From Alphaproteobacteria bacterium (GTDB lineage Bacteria > Pseudomonadota > Alphaproteobacteria > CAAHEQ01 > UBA3637), in NCBI GenBank assembly GCA_045617605.1, contig JAZLIX010000031.1, positions 1 to 36,813 of the forward strand: a stretch of 36,813 nt of DNA, given 5' to 3'. Position numbers and translations under genes: made by a program. The notes below the pieces were generated by a model that made no database searches, had not been told where the DNA came from, and was given only the letters and a program-made list of their open reading frames with translations. Shown here piece by piece: positions 25,989-35,010 of this stretch. Position 1 is the stretch's first letter; every line of letters starts with the position of its first letter.

Positions 25989-27964
25989 TTTTGAACCTTA
26001 ATAAGAACAGCCGTTACATCATCTGCTGGCGGCATAGGAGTAGATTTAAAAAATTTATTCATTAATTCCTTCAAAGAAGAAGTCGCATCTGGTTTCTTTA
26101 AATACGGTAAAAGCATTTTCTTGAAACCAGCTACTTCCATACGATTACCAGAAACATCTGGTGTTTCTGTCAACGCATCGCTATAGAGCAATAAACCATC
26201 CCCTGGATGCAATTTTACCTTAAAATTCCTATAAGAAGGATTTTTAGAAATCCCCAAAGGCAAACCTTCAGCATGTAAAGCCAACTCTCTTCCTCGAGAA
26301 ATCATCAATGGATTTGGTGAGCCTGTTCCAGAGTAAATTAATTCCATTTTTTCCATATCCCACACACCTATAGCCAAAGTCGCAAATTGTCCACGTGGCA
26401 ACAATCCATGAAGTTGATCATTCATATCCTTTAAGAATTCAGCTGGATTTAAATCTTCTTTATTATATTGAGAAATCAAGGCATGTAAGCGAAATGTATT
26501 TAAAGCCGAGGCAACTCCATGACCTGAAAAATCACAAATATAGATAGCAAGTTTTGTATCTGAAATAGGGAACATTTGCCAATAATCCCCGCCTAAAATA
26601 GAAGAAGGGAAAAAGTACTGTGCAATATCAAGATGATATTTTTGACGAACTTTATCTAAACGTTCCCGTGTAGGCAATAATCCTACCTGCATTTTTTGGG
26701 CTGCCAACAACTCCTCTTCAATTTGTGTCAGTTGATTTTCCAAATGCTGAATCAGCAAATGATTTTCCAAATGTACACGAACACGTGCAAAAAATTCCAA
26801 CGGATTCACTGGTTTTGTAATAAAATCTGTTGCCCCTGAACTAAATGTTTTTTCACGAGTTTCACGACTATCCACCGCTGTTTGAATTAAGACTGGAAGA
26901 TTACGCGTCTGAGGATCTACCTTTAATTGATGCAAAACCTCGTACCCATTCATTCGTGGCATAGCAATATCCAAAATAATCAAATCTGGTGTAAAGGATT
27001 CCAATTTTTTTAATCCTTCAACCCCATCACCCGCCACTTCAATCTGTGTAATTCCCATCACATTTAAAAGGCGACTTAAAACTGTTTGATTACTAAGATT
27101 ATCTTCCATAATCAAAACCGAGCAACTGGAAAGATCAGGACTGACCGAATTATCCCCCCCAGAAGGATCTTGATTAACATCAGCATAATGTTCTAACCAA
27201 CGGGAAGCTTGAGAATCTTCTAATAGAAATGACAAAGTAATCTCTCGCCCAAAGTCATCTATCGTACATGAATCAGCCGTCCCTGCAATAATACGCAAAC
27301 CTCGACCAGATTTATCTGTGGATTTTTCTTTATCCACTTTAGTCATTTTTTCATAACCAGCACCTTCATCCCGAATTTTTATTTCTAGTTTTTTCTTATC
27401 CCAACTGGCCATAATGCTGATTGATTTATGAGCATATTCTGGATCATTCAAGCGACTATGCAACAAACGTGCATATTCCACAAAGTCACGAGCCGACTGA
27501 CGCATAGAACTATTCACGCATAAATTCCCGTGAATTAATCCATTAACGATAGATTCATGCAAAGCAAAGTGAATTCCTTCAAATTGTGATTTAGAAAAAT
27601 GAAGCCGACGATTCAAAGCTCTGGTAAAAATTTCAGCAATGTTAGTAGAATAAATAATAGGGCAAGTAAGAAGAAAGCATAAACTATTCGGTAAAGAAAT
27701 TTTACCAATTTTTTTGATAAAAGAAAGAATAGAATCGTCTTTAGATTTAACATCAATCAAAGCCGAAATTGGCATAAAAAAATGCTCAGTCAACTTATCT
27801 TCACCTAAACCTCCGCCCAATACCACCAATTTTTTAGGAAAACGCTGTTGAAGACCATTTTTAAAAAGAGGCTCACCTGTACTGGGCCATGTTTTTATGT
27901 GCATTTTTTCAGCAACACGATACACAGATTTACTTGGTACTCTATCCCCTGTTAAATAAATCAT
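25985..27964 (-). CDS. multidomain signalling protein: unassigned N-terminus, RsbW/SpoIIAB-like HATPase, response-regulator receiver and PP2C (SpoIIE/RsbU-type) phosphatase
   Basis: HATPase boxes HESIVNGLIHGN (N-box), IRDEGAGY (G1) and GRGLRII (G2). Receiver VLIMEDN...DLIILDIAMPRMNGYEV...TKP. PP2C motifs GGDYW, CDFSGHGVASAL, YSDALTE and DDVTAVLIKV. AAGGGGGGG SD. Confidence 0.85.
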   Translation of the reverse strand: MIYLTGDRVPSKSVYRVAEKMHIKTWPSTGEPLFKNGLQQRFPKKLVVLGGGLGEDKLTEHFFMPISALIDVKSKDDSILSFIKKIGKISLPNSLCFLLTCPIIYSTNIAEIFTRALNRRLHFSKSQFEGIHFALHESIVNGLIHGNLCVNSSMRQSARDFVEYARLLHSRLNDPEYAHKSISIMASWDKKKLEIKIRDEGAGYEKMTKVDKEKSTDKSGRGLRIIAGTADSCTIDDFGREITLSFLLEDSQASRWLEHYADVNQDPSGGDNSVSPDLSSCSVLIMEDNLSNQTVLSRLLNVMGITQIEVAGDGVEGLKKLESFTPDLIILDIAMPRMNGYEVLHQLKVDPQTRNLPVLIQTAVDSRETREKTFSSGATDFITKPVNPLEFFARVRVHLENHLLIQHLENQLTQIEEELLAAQKMQVGLLPTRERLDKVRQKYHLDIAQYFFPSSILGGDYWQMFPISDTKLAIYICDFSGHGVASALNTFRLHALISQYNKEDLNPAEFLKDMNDQLHGLLPRGQFATLAIGVWDMEKMELIYSGTGSPNPLMISRGRELALHAEGLPLGISKNPSYRNFKVKLHPGDGLLLYSDALTETPDVSGNRMEVAGFKKMLLPYLKKPDATSSLKELMNKFFKSTPMPPADDVTAVLIKVQK

Positions 27965-27988
27965 CTGTGCCCCCCCTTTTTTTTATCT

Positions 27989-28762
27989 TTAGAATAAAAA
28001 CTTTTGTGCTTCCGCTAATTCTTCTGGCGTATTGATATCAGCGGGTGCTTCCTCAATCAACTTAACAGAAGGAACAATCAAGGCATAAATACTCATCCCG
28101 TTTTCTAAAGCTCGTAACTGTTCCAACTTTTCAATGTTTTCCAAAACACCCACCGGACTTTTGACAAAAGCTTCCAGTGCTTTACGTTTATAAACATAGA
28201 TACCAATATGCCAATAAGCAAAATTAAATTCAGGCTTTTCATCCCGATTAAAAGGAACAGGTGAACGAGAAAAATATAAAGCTCGTCCATAATCTTCCCC
28301 TTCACGAAGTCCAAGAGCAATTTTAACTGTTGCTGGATTTTTAATTTGATCAAGATCTGTAATCTTCTTACCAACGGTCATCCAATCTGCCCCTGTTTTT
28401 TCCAACAAATCCACCAAACGTAAATTGAGTGCAGGATCTACATTAATACCATCCCCTTGAAAGTTCACAACGGTATCATACTTTTGTCCACTGGGGTCAA
28501 TTTCATTCATCGCTGCTACAATTCTGTCCGTTCCAGAAGGCAAACTGGCATCCGTTAAAATCGCCTTTGCCCCAAAAGTTTTAGCTAAATCCACAATCTC
28601 TTTATCCCCAGCCGCAATATAAACATCTTCTGCTGGATGTACTTTAATAGCGTGTTCATAAACATGTTGAATCAAAGGCTTTCCATTAATAAGCGCCAAG
28701 GGTTTATTTGGCAACCGTGTAGATTTTAAACGTGTCGGAATTAAAACAGCAACTTTTGTCAT
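27989..28762 (-). CDS. kdsB: 3-deoxy-manno-octulosonate cytidylyltransferase (CMP-Kdo synthetase)
   Basis: VLIPTRLKSTRLPNKPL N-terminal motif. 257 aa. The TAAGGAG SD overlaps the upstream gene's stop. Confidence 0.9.
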   Translation of the reverse strand: MTKVAVLIPTRLKSTRLPNKPLALINGKPLIQHVYEHAIKVHPAEDVYIAAGDKEIVDLAKTFGAKAILTDASLPSGTDRIVAAMNEIDPSGQKYDTVVNFQGDGINVDPALNLRLVDLLEKTGADWMTVGKKITDLDQIKNPATVKIALGLREGEDYGRALYFSRSPVPFNRDEKPEFNFAYWHIGIYVYKRKALEAFVKSPVGVLENIEKLEQLRALENGMSIYALIVPSVKLIEEAPADINTPEELAEAQKFLF

Positions 28763-28771
28763 TTCATCTCC

Positions 28772-30184
28772 TTATTTTTGTTCTGAAGAAATAGGTTGAT
28801 CAGGTACCACGGGAGCCTGCACCGTCGGTTGGGGAGTCGATAAAACAGGAGTAGAAGTCGGCTGCGCCTTTGAAGGTACAACAGGTGATGCCATCTGTGG
28901 CATTGGTGTACTAACTGGTTGTTGAGGTTGAGAGGACTGTTGAACAGGAATCGGAGCGGATTGAGGTTGAACCGTCGGGACTGGTGTAGTCGGTACTTGA
29001 GTAACAGGTACTGGCGTAGCCACCGATGGAATCGTTTCAGAGGGTTGAGAAACATCTTTATTTTTCACACTAAATCCAACAGCCTCAGCAATGTTAGAAA
29101 AGTTTTTTTCTTTCAGAAAACGTATCAATTTTTGATGAATTTCAGCCACACAATTAGGCCCCGCAAAAGTCAATGTTGCCACATCTAGTTGAATCAAAGA
29201 AGCCCCAGCATAAATTTGCGCCAAAGCATCTTCCGCTGTAAAGACCCCTCCACATCCAACAATGAGCAATTGCCCCTTTGTTGTTTCATAAATTTGACGA
29301 ATCAAATTGACTGTTTGTTCTTTCACTAAAGCCCCCGTCAACATACCAACATGTTCATCCTTTAAACCAGATAGCTGTAAAAGGGTATTTTTTGACATAG
29401 ACAAAGGACCAGCCACAACAACACCATCTACTCCACCGTCCACTAAATTACGAGCTACTAAAGGAATTTCCTTTACATTCAAATCCAATGGAATTTTCAC
29501 TAAAATAGCAGGTGTTTGAATAGGCGCAGCAATACGTACTGCTTCCTTAACAGCTTTTATCATTGGTACCATTGTGGAAGCATCCACAACCAACATTGAA
29601 AGTTCCGAATTAGGATGCGATAAATCCAAAGTAATAAAATCACAATAAGGGGCTATTTTTTGTGCCATCAAAACGAATTCTTCCTGATAGGTAAAATGGC
29701 GTCCTTGCTTAATGTTCTGTTCCTCAGATTCTGCGGGAATTACCAAGTCGATCCCAATAAAATGGGGAAGATAACGACGTTTAACAAACCATGGCAACAT
29801 CTTTAAAATACCAGGATTTCTAAAACCTAAACTTTGAACCAAAATAGATTTCTCTTTTTTAAAATAATAGGTTTGTTTAACGGGTAATTCCTTTTCTAAA
29901 GTATAGGGGCCAAACGTCCCAAATCCGTAACCGAGTTGCATTAAATGATCAATCACATTCCCTTTTTTATCCACACCACCAGCAATTCCAATAGGAGTAT
30001 TAAACGTATGTCCCCATACTTTTATTGCTAATTCTGGACAACGAACTACAGTCTTTCCGAACGAACCATCACGAAGTCCCATGTACATTATTTTATTGGC
30101 CCACTGTGGACGAATACGCAGTACAACCCACCAAAAAATTTTAAATAAAACATTTCCAGAAACAGATTTGGACTCCCCCGCCAT
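28772..30184 (-). CDS. dihydroorotate-dehydrogenase-like (class 2 fold) protein with diverged active-site motifs and a Pro/Gln/Thr/Val-rich C-terminal tail
   Basis: Collinear with PyrD: GIAGGVDKKG, VKIPLDL, IVGCGGV and GASLIQL are retained. However GFNN is GFRN, G.N.GKNK is absent, N.SSPNT.GLR is DLSHPNSELS and ATNTT is VAGPL. The last 92 aa (28775..29050) are low-complexity P/Q/T/V/S. Confidence 0.8.
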   Translation of the reverse strand: MAGESKSVSGNVLFKIFWWVVLRIRPQWANKIMYMGLRDGSFGKTVVRCPELAIKVWGHTFNTPIGIAGGVDKKGNVIDHLMQLGYGFGTFGPYTLEKELPVKQTYYFKKEKSILVQSLGFRNPGILKMLPWFVKRRYLPHFIGIDLVIPAESEEQNIKQGRHFTYQEEFVLMAQKIAPYCDFITLDLSHPNSELSMLVVDASTMVPMIKAVKEAVRIAAPIQTPAILVKIPLDLNVKEIPLVARNLVDGGVDGVVVAGPLSMSKNTLLQLSGLKDEHVGMLTGALVKEQTVNLIRQIYETTKGQLLIVGCGGVFTAEDALAQIYAGASLIQLDVATLTFAGPNCVAEIHQKLIRFLKEKNFSNIAEAVGFSVKNKDVSQPSETIPSVATPVPVTQVPTTPVPTVQPQSAPIPVQQSSQPQQPVSTPMPQMASPVVPSKAQPTSTPVLSTPQPTVQAPVVPDQPISSEQK

Positions 30185-30186
30185 TG

Positions 30187-31878
30187 TTATGCCTCCTCTT
30201 TATATTTAATTTTCAACTCTTCTTTACGTTCTGGGGTTATTTTTTGGAATAACACCTCAGGTGCCGTAAAGGTATCCCCTTCTTTCAGAGATTTTAATAA
30301 ATTTTCAGCTTTGTCTGTTGGCCATGAAAAATCTTTTGATCCAAACAGAGCCAATATTTCTTCCGCCTTTGCCGGCATCACAGGAGCCGATAAAACCCCA
30401 AACAAACGAATAAGATTCAACCCAATATTCAAAACTGTTCCAGCACGAGACTTATCCACCTTAACTGCTTTCCAAGGTTCAGTTTTTGCAATGTAGTTAT
30501 TGCCACTCACCCAAATTTCACGCAAATCAGCTAAGGCCTTACGAATTTCTAAAGCCTCCATATGATCCGTATATTGTTTAATCAAGGTATCCAAAGTAGT
30601 AAAAAGTTCTTTTTCGATATCAGTAATTTCACCTAAAGCAGGTACTTGAGTACCAAAATCCTTTGTCGTCATTTTTGTTACACGATTGATAAAGTTACCC
30701 AACACATCATTTAAGTCTTTATTGATTGTGGTCGTAAATGTTTCAAACGAAAAAACAGCATCATCTGATTCAGGTGAATTTGCTAAAATCCAATAACGCC
30801 AATAATCTGCTGGAAATTCTTTCAAGGCATCATCCAAAAAAACACCACGATGTTCAGATTTTGAAATTTTTCCTCCTGCAAAATTCAACCAACTGGTCCC
30901 CTTTAAACAAGAAACCTGTGTCCAATTTTCACCAGAACCATACAACATTCCCGGAAAGAAAATAGAATGGAAAGGAATATTATCTTTACCCATAAACTCA
31001 GTATGAACCACATTTTCAGAATTTAACCACCAATCTTCCCAATGACGATTTTGTGGATCTTTATCTGACCATTCTTTTGTTATACCAATATACCCAATAG
31101 GAGCATCAAACCACACATAGAAGACTTTATCTTCATAACCAACACGAGGCACTGGAAAACCATTTTTTAAATCACGTGTAATACCACGAGGTTGCAACCC
31201 TTCTTTCAGCCATTTTTTAGCAGTTGTATAAGCAATATCTGGCCACAGCCCTTTTTTGGTATCCACCCAACTTTCCAAATGAGATTGCATCTTATCCATA
31301 TCAACATACAGATTTTTAGTATCTTTAAAAACAATACTGTGACTACCGGAAATAGTACTGTAAGGATTCTTTAGTTCTTCAGGTTCTAACAATTTTGTAC
31401 AATTTTCACATTGATCTCCTTTGGCTTTTTCATAACCACAGTAAGGACAGGTTCCCCCCACTTGGCTATCTGCCAAAAATTGTTTATCATCCGTACAATA
31501 AGCCTGTTTAGTCGTCTTTTCGCTAATGTATCCATTTTTATTTAAACCTTCATAAATACGCCAGGTCATTTCTTTATTTTGTTCGGAATCCGTATTACCA
31601 AAAGCATCAAAAGAAAGTTCAAATCCATCGTAAACTTTTTTGTGTTCATTATGATATTTTTGAATGTATTCTTTTAAAGACAATCCTTCTTGAATAGCCC
31701 CAACTTCAATCTTTGTCCCATGAACATCCGTTCCACCGACGAACAACACATCTTTCCCCGTTGCACGTAGATATCTGGCATAAAAGTCTGCATTCAGCAT
31801 TGCTCCAGCCAAATGACCTATATGAGGAACACCATTGATATAGGTTAAAGCACTGGTAATTAAATATTTCTTTTTCAT
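30187..31878 (-). CDS. metG: methionine--tRNA ligase
   Basis: HIGH motif (PHIGHL), KISKS (KMSKS) and zinc knuckle CPYCGYEKAKGDQCENC. 563 aa, with no C-terminal Trbp111-type domain. Confidence 0.94.
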   Translation of the reverse strand: MKKKYLITSALTYINGVPHIGHLAGAMLNADFYARYLRATGKDVLFVGGTDVHGTKIEVGAIQEGLSLKEYIQKYHNEHKKVYDGFELSFDAFGNTDSEQNKEMTWRIYEGLNKNGYISEKTTKQAYCTDDKQFLADSQVGGTCPYCGYEKAKGDQCENCTKLLEPEELKNPYSTISGSHSIVFKDTKNLYVDMDKMQSHLESWVDTKKGLWPDIAYTTAKKWLKEGLQPRGITRDLKNGFPVPRVGYEDKVFYVWFDAPIGYIGITKEWSDKDPQNRHWEDWWLNSENVVHTEFMGKDNIPFHSIFFPGMLYGSGENWTQVSCLKGTSWLNFAGGKISKSEHRGVFLDDALKEFPADYWRYWILANSPESDDAVFSFETFTTTINKDLNDVLGNFINRVTKMTTKDFGTQVPALGEITDIEKELFTTLDTLIKQYTDHMEALEIRKALADLREIWVSGNNYIAKTEPWKAVKVDKSRAGTVLNIGLNLIRLFGVLSAPVMPAKAEEILALFGSKDFSWPTDKAENLLKSLKEGDTFTAPEVLFQKITPERKEELKIKYKEEA

Positions 31879-31899
31879 TTAAAAACTCCTTTTTTGTTT

Positions 31900-31928
31900 A
31901 TTTTACCCAAAATAAAAAGAAAGTGCAA
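31900..31928 (-). promoter_or_regulatory. sigma70-type promoter for metG and the downstream gene run
   Basis: Minus strand: TTGCAC (31928..31923), 17-nt spacer, TAAAAT (31905..31900). Confidence 0.5.
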
Positions 31929-31948
31929 GTCATGTTTTATAAAAAGTC

Positions 31949-31977
31949 TTGATTTTTTCTTTTAAAAAGCGTATAAT
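31949..31977 (+). promoter_or_regulatory. sigma70-type promoter for rpoZ-spoT-acpS
   Basis: TTGATT (31949..31954), 17-nt spacer, TATAAT (31972..31977). Arranged back-to-back with the metG promoter. Confidence 0.55.
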
Positions 31978-32019
31978 AAAAACAGTTTAAACATAAAAAC
32001 TTTCTGGAAAGGAGAGCAA

Positions 32020-32388
32020 ATGGCTCGCGTTACTGTTGAAGAATGTATCAAAAAAGTCCCTAATCATTTTAATTTGGTCTTATTGGCTGCCAATCGAACA
32101 AAAGCTTTAGAAGCAGGTATTGCTCCCACTTTACAACGGGAAGATGACAAAAATACTGTTTTGGCTTTACGTGAAATTGAAGCCGGTACAGTTGATCCAA
32201 AACAATTAAACGAAAACGTCATTGCAAATATGCAGAAGTTTGCTGTTTCTCAAGAAGAAGGATTAGAAGCCGAAGATTTGAAGGAAGTGGATGCTGAATT
32301 GGCTGGGGAATCCCCAATGTATGCAGATACTGAATTCGTTGAATCTGATGCTTTCCAAGTAGTTCACGACAATCAAGTAGATGCCTAA
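32020..32388 (+). CDS. rpoZ: DNA-directed RNA polymerase subunit omega
   Basis: MARVTVEECI...N.F.LVLLAA.R N-terminus typical of RpoZ. GGAGAG SD. Confidence 0.92.
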   Translation: MARVTVEECIKKVPNHFNLVLLAANRTKALEAGIAPTLQREDDKNTVLALREIEAGTVDPKQLNENVIANMQKFAVSQEEGLEAEDLKEVDAELAGESPMYADTEFVESDAFQVVHDNQVDA

Positions 32389-32419
32389 AGCTTAAAAAAA
32401 CGCAACCAAGGGGGAAGGG

Positions 32420-34552
32420 ATGCGTCAATATGAACTGATTGAAAAAGTAAAGTCTTATGATAAAAACGCTGATGAAGAAGCTTTGGCGCGCGCTTATGTG
32501 TTGGCCAGTAAAGTGCATCATGATCAGAAACGTGAATCGGGTGAACCCTATTTTTATCATCCCACTTCGGTAGCACAAATTCTGACCGAATATAAAATGG
32601 ATGCCGATACCATTATCGCTGCTTTATTACACGATACAGTGGAAGATACACCGACTGCCTATGAAGACATTGAAATGTTATTTGGAAAAGATATTGCTAA
32701 TCTGGTAGAAGGAGTAACAAAACTTTCTAAAATTCAATTGATAGGTGAAGACGCCAAGCAAGCTCAAAATTTTCAAGAACTAGTCCTAGCCACCAGCAAA
32801 GATGTGCGTATATTAATGATTAAAATGGCCGACAGATTACATAATATGCGTACCCTTTATTGTTGCAAAAGTCCCGAAAAAAGAAAGCGAGTAGCAACAG
32901 AAACTTTAGAAATTTATGCCCCTTTAGCAGAACGAATTGGCATTCACAAAATTCAAGCAGAGTTGGAAGATTTAGCCTTTCAAAATTTGTATCCAGATAC
33001 TTATAAAAATATTCAAAAGCCACTAGATGATTTAAAAATAAAAGGTCAATTAAAATTAGAAAAAATAAGGCGTCAAATTAAAACAATTTTGTCTAAAAAT
33101 CATTTAAAGGTGAAAGTGGTAGGCAGGACTAAGACACCTTATTCAATTTGGAAAAAATTAAAAACACATAATAATTCATTAGAAGAAATTTTCGATTTAA
33201 TCGGTATCAGAATTTTAGTCAAATCCATCCCTGAATGTTACCAAACCTTAGGGATTATTCACACCCATTACAAAATGATTCCAGGTGGACGCTTTAAAGA
33301 TTACATATCCACCCCAAAAGACAGTGGATATCGTTCCTTACATACCAGTGTTATTGCCCCAGATAATCAACGATTAGAAATTCAAATTCGTACTTTTGAA
33401 ATGAATGAAGAAGCTGATTTTGGAATTGCCGCTCATTGGGAATATAAAGAAGGAACAAATCGGGATGCAAAAAAATATGCTTGGATGCGAGAATTATTAA
33501 GCTTGATTAAATCATCCAAAAATCCAAAAGAATTTTTGGAACGTACCAAAGTTTCACTCTATCAAGATAAAATCTTTTGCTTTTCAAATAAAGGAGCGGT
33601 GTATTCCTTGCCTAGAGGAGCAACGGTCAGAGATTTTGCCTATTTATTCGGAACTGAAACAGGTAACAATTGTATTGGGGCTTTGGTCAATGGCAGTAAA
33701 AAGAATCCGGCCGATGTATTAAATGATGGTGAATCTGTACAATTAATTCAAGGAAAAGAAAATTCTGTCAATAAAAAGTATCTGAATGAAGTTATCACAG
33801 CCAATGCAAAATCACTTATTAATACTTATTTAAGTCAGCAAGAACAAGCTCAAAAAGAAGAAAAAGTAATTCAAGAACTGACACGTCAAGCTGAAGAATA
33901 TCATTTTACTTTTCAAAAAAATGACTTGCTACGTACCGCTCATCAAATGGGATATCAAGATGTATCTCAATTACTCAATAATTTGGATCAAAAAAAGGAA
34001 TCCTATACCCATGTTTTAAAAACAATGCATCCTGAAATAAAATCATCCTTTTACCAACGAACACTGAATCTATTTCAAAAATGGACAAATCGTAAAAAAA
34101 CAACCCTGATTTTAGGGTTAAAGCCTGAAGATAAATTTACATTGGCAACTTGTTGTCATCCTGTGGTGGGGGAATCCATTGTAGCAATCAGGCAAAATAA
34201 AAAAACATATACTATTCATACACGTGATTGTCACAACTTAAGTAAGTATAAACGCTTCCCTGAAAAATGGGTTGCTGTGGAATGGAATTTATCCGAAAAA
34301 AATAACAATCCTCAACCGGCTCGCTTAAAAATTATTTGGAAGACAGGACCTGCTACGATGGGTGATGTGCTTAATTTACTCAATCGAGAAAAAGCAGATG
34401 TTTTGCATATGAATACTTTGGCACAAAATGACAAGGCAACCGAAATAATGGCAGACATTCAGGTTAAAGATCAAAAACATTTAAACAAAATTTTGGACGT
34501 TTTAAAACGTCAGTCCAAAATTATTTCTGCTGAAAGAGAGAGTGGTTTATGA
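32420..34552 (+). CDS. spoT: bifunctional (p)ppGpp synthetase/hydrolase (RelA/SpoT homologue)
   Basis: HD hydrolase HDTVEDT. Synthetase motifs RTKTPYSIWKK, DLIGIRILV and EIQIRTFEMNEEADFGIAAHWEYKEG. TGS and C-terminal ACT-like regions. 710 aa. Confidence 0.94.
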   Translation: MRQYELIEKVKSYDKNADEEALARAYVLASKVHHDQKRESGEPYFYHPTSVAQILTEYKMDADTIIAALLHDTVEDTPTAYEDIEMLFGKDIANLVEGVTKLSKIQLIGEDAKQAQNFQELVLATSKDVRILMIKMADRLHNMRTLYCCKSPEKRKRVATETLEIYAPLAERIGIHKIQAELEDLAFQNLYPDTYKNIQKPLDDLKIKGQLKLEKIRRQIKTILSKNHLKVKVVGRTKTPYSIWKKLKTHNNSLEEIFDLIGIRILVKSIPECYQTLGIIHTHYKMIPGGRFKDYISTPKDSGYRSLHTSVIAPDNQRLEIQIRTFEMNEEADFGIAAHWEYKEGTNRDAKKYAWMRELLSLIKSSKNPKEFLERTKVSLYQDKIFCFSNKGAVYSLPRGATVRDFAYLFGTETGNNCIGALVNGSKKNPADVLNDGESVQLIQGKENSVNKKYLNEVITANAKSLINTYLSQQEQAQKEEKVIQELTRQAEEYHFTFQKNDLLRTAHQMGYQDVSQLLNNLDQKKESYTHVLKTMHPEIKSSFYQRTLNLFQKWTNRKKTTLILGLKPEDKFTLATCCHPVVGESIVAIRQNKKTYTIHTRDCHNLSKYKRFPEKWVAVEWNLSEKNNNPQPARLKIIWKTGPATMGDVLNLLNREKADVLHMNTLAQNDKATEIMADIQVKDQKHLNKILDVLKRQSKIISAERESGL

Positions 34553-34938
34553 TTTTGGGAATTGGGGCAGATATTATTGATTTTAAACGTTTTAAAAGTG
34601 CCACAAAAAAAGCACCTATGTTAATTCAACGGGTTTTTACCGAAAAAGAAAGAAGTGCTGCTTGTAAGTTAAGTGAAAAAAGAAAGCTTGCTTATTATGT
34701 TAAGCGATATGCCGGAAAAGAAGCTCTTTCAAAAGCTTGCGGAACTGGGATTGGTAAAGATATAGGTTGGCAGGATTTAGAAATCTTAAATGATAAAAAG
34801 GGAAAACCTGTGGTCAAATTAAGCGAAAAAGCCTTAAAATTTTTACACAAAAAATTTAAAACAAAAAAAATAACACCTTTTATTTCCTTAAGTGATGAAC
34901 AAGAAATTGCTCTGGCCTTTACCATCTTAACAAATTAA
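34549..34938 (+). CDS. acpS: holo-[acyl-carrier-protein] synthase
   Basis: ILGIGADIID N-terminus. 129 aa. ATGA overlap with spoT. Confidence 0.88.
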   Translation: MILGIGADIIDFKRFKSATKKAPMLIQRVFTEKERSAACKLSEKRKLAYYVKRYAGKEALSKACGTGIGKDIGWQDLEILNDKKGKPVVKLSEKALKFLHKKFKTKKITPFISLSDEQEIALAFTILTN

Positions 34939-34948
34939 ATTTTTCTTC

Positions 34949-34977
34949 TTGCCTTTCAAAAAAAGGTATGCTAGAGT
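34949..34977 (+). promoter_or_regulatory. sigma70-type promoter with extended -10 for lemA-htpX
   Basis: TTGCCT (34949..34954), 17-nt spacer ending in TGC, TAGAGT (34972..34977). Confidence 0.5.
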
Positions 34978-35010
34978 AACCTCAGGTTTATTAAAAAAAG
35001 GAGAAAAATA

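Noticed and set aside
28759-29188. Alternate-frame ORFs (28759..29055 minus, R/L/H-rich; 28919..29188 plus) over the Pro-rich tail region
   Set aside because: These are frame artefacts of the repetitive CCN/CAR-rich tail-coding DNA. The DHODH-like frame is continuous with the conserved domain and is followed by the kdsB SD.
32219-32578. Minus-strand ORFs across the rpoZ-spoT junction
   Set aside because: They are antisense to two confidently identified genes, with no expression signals.
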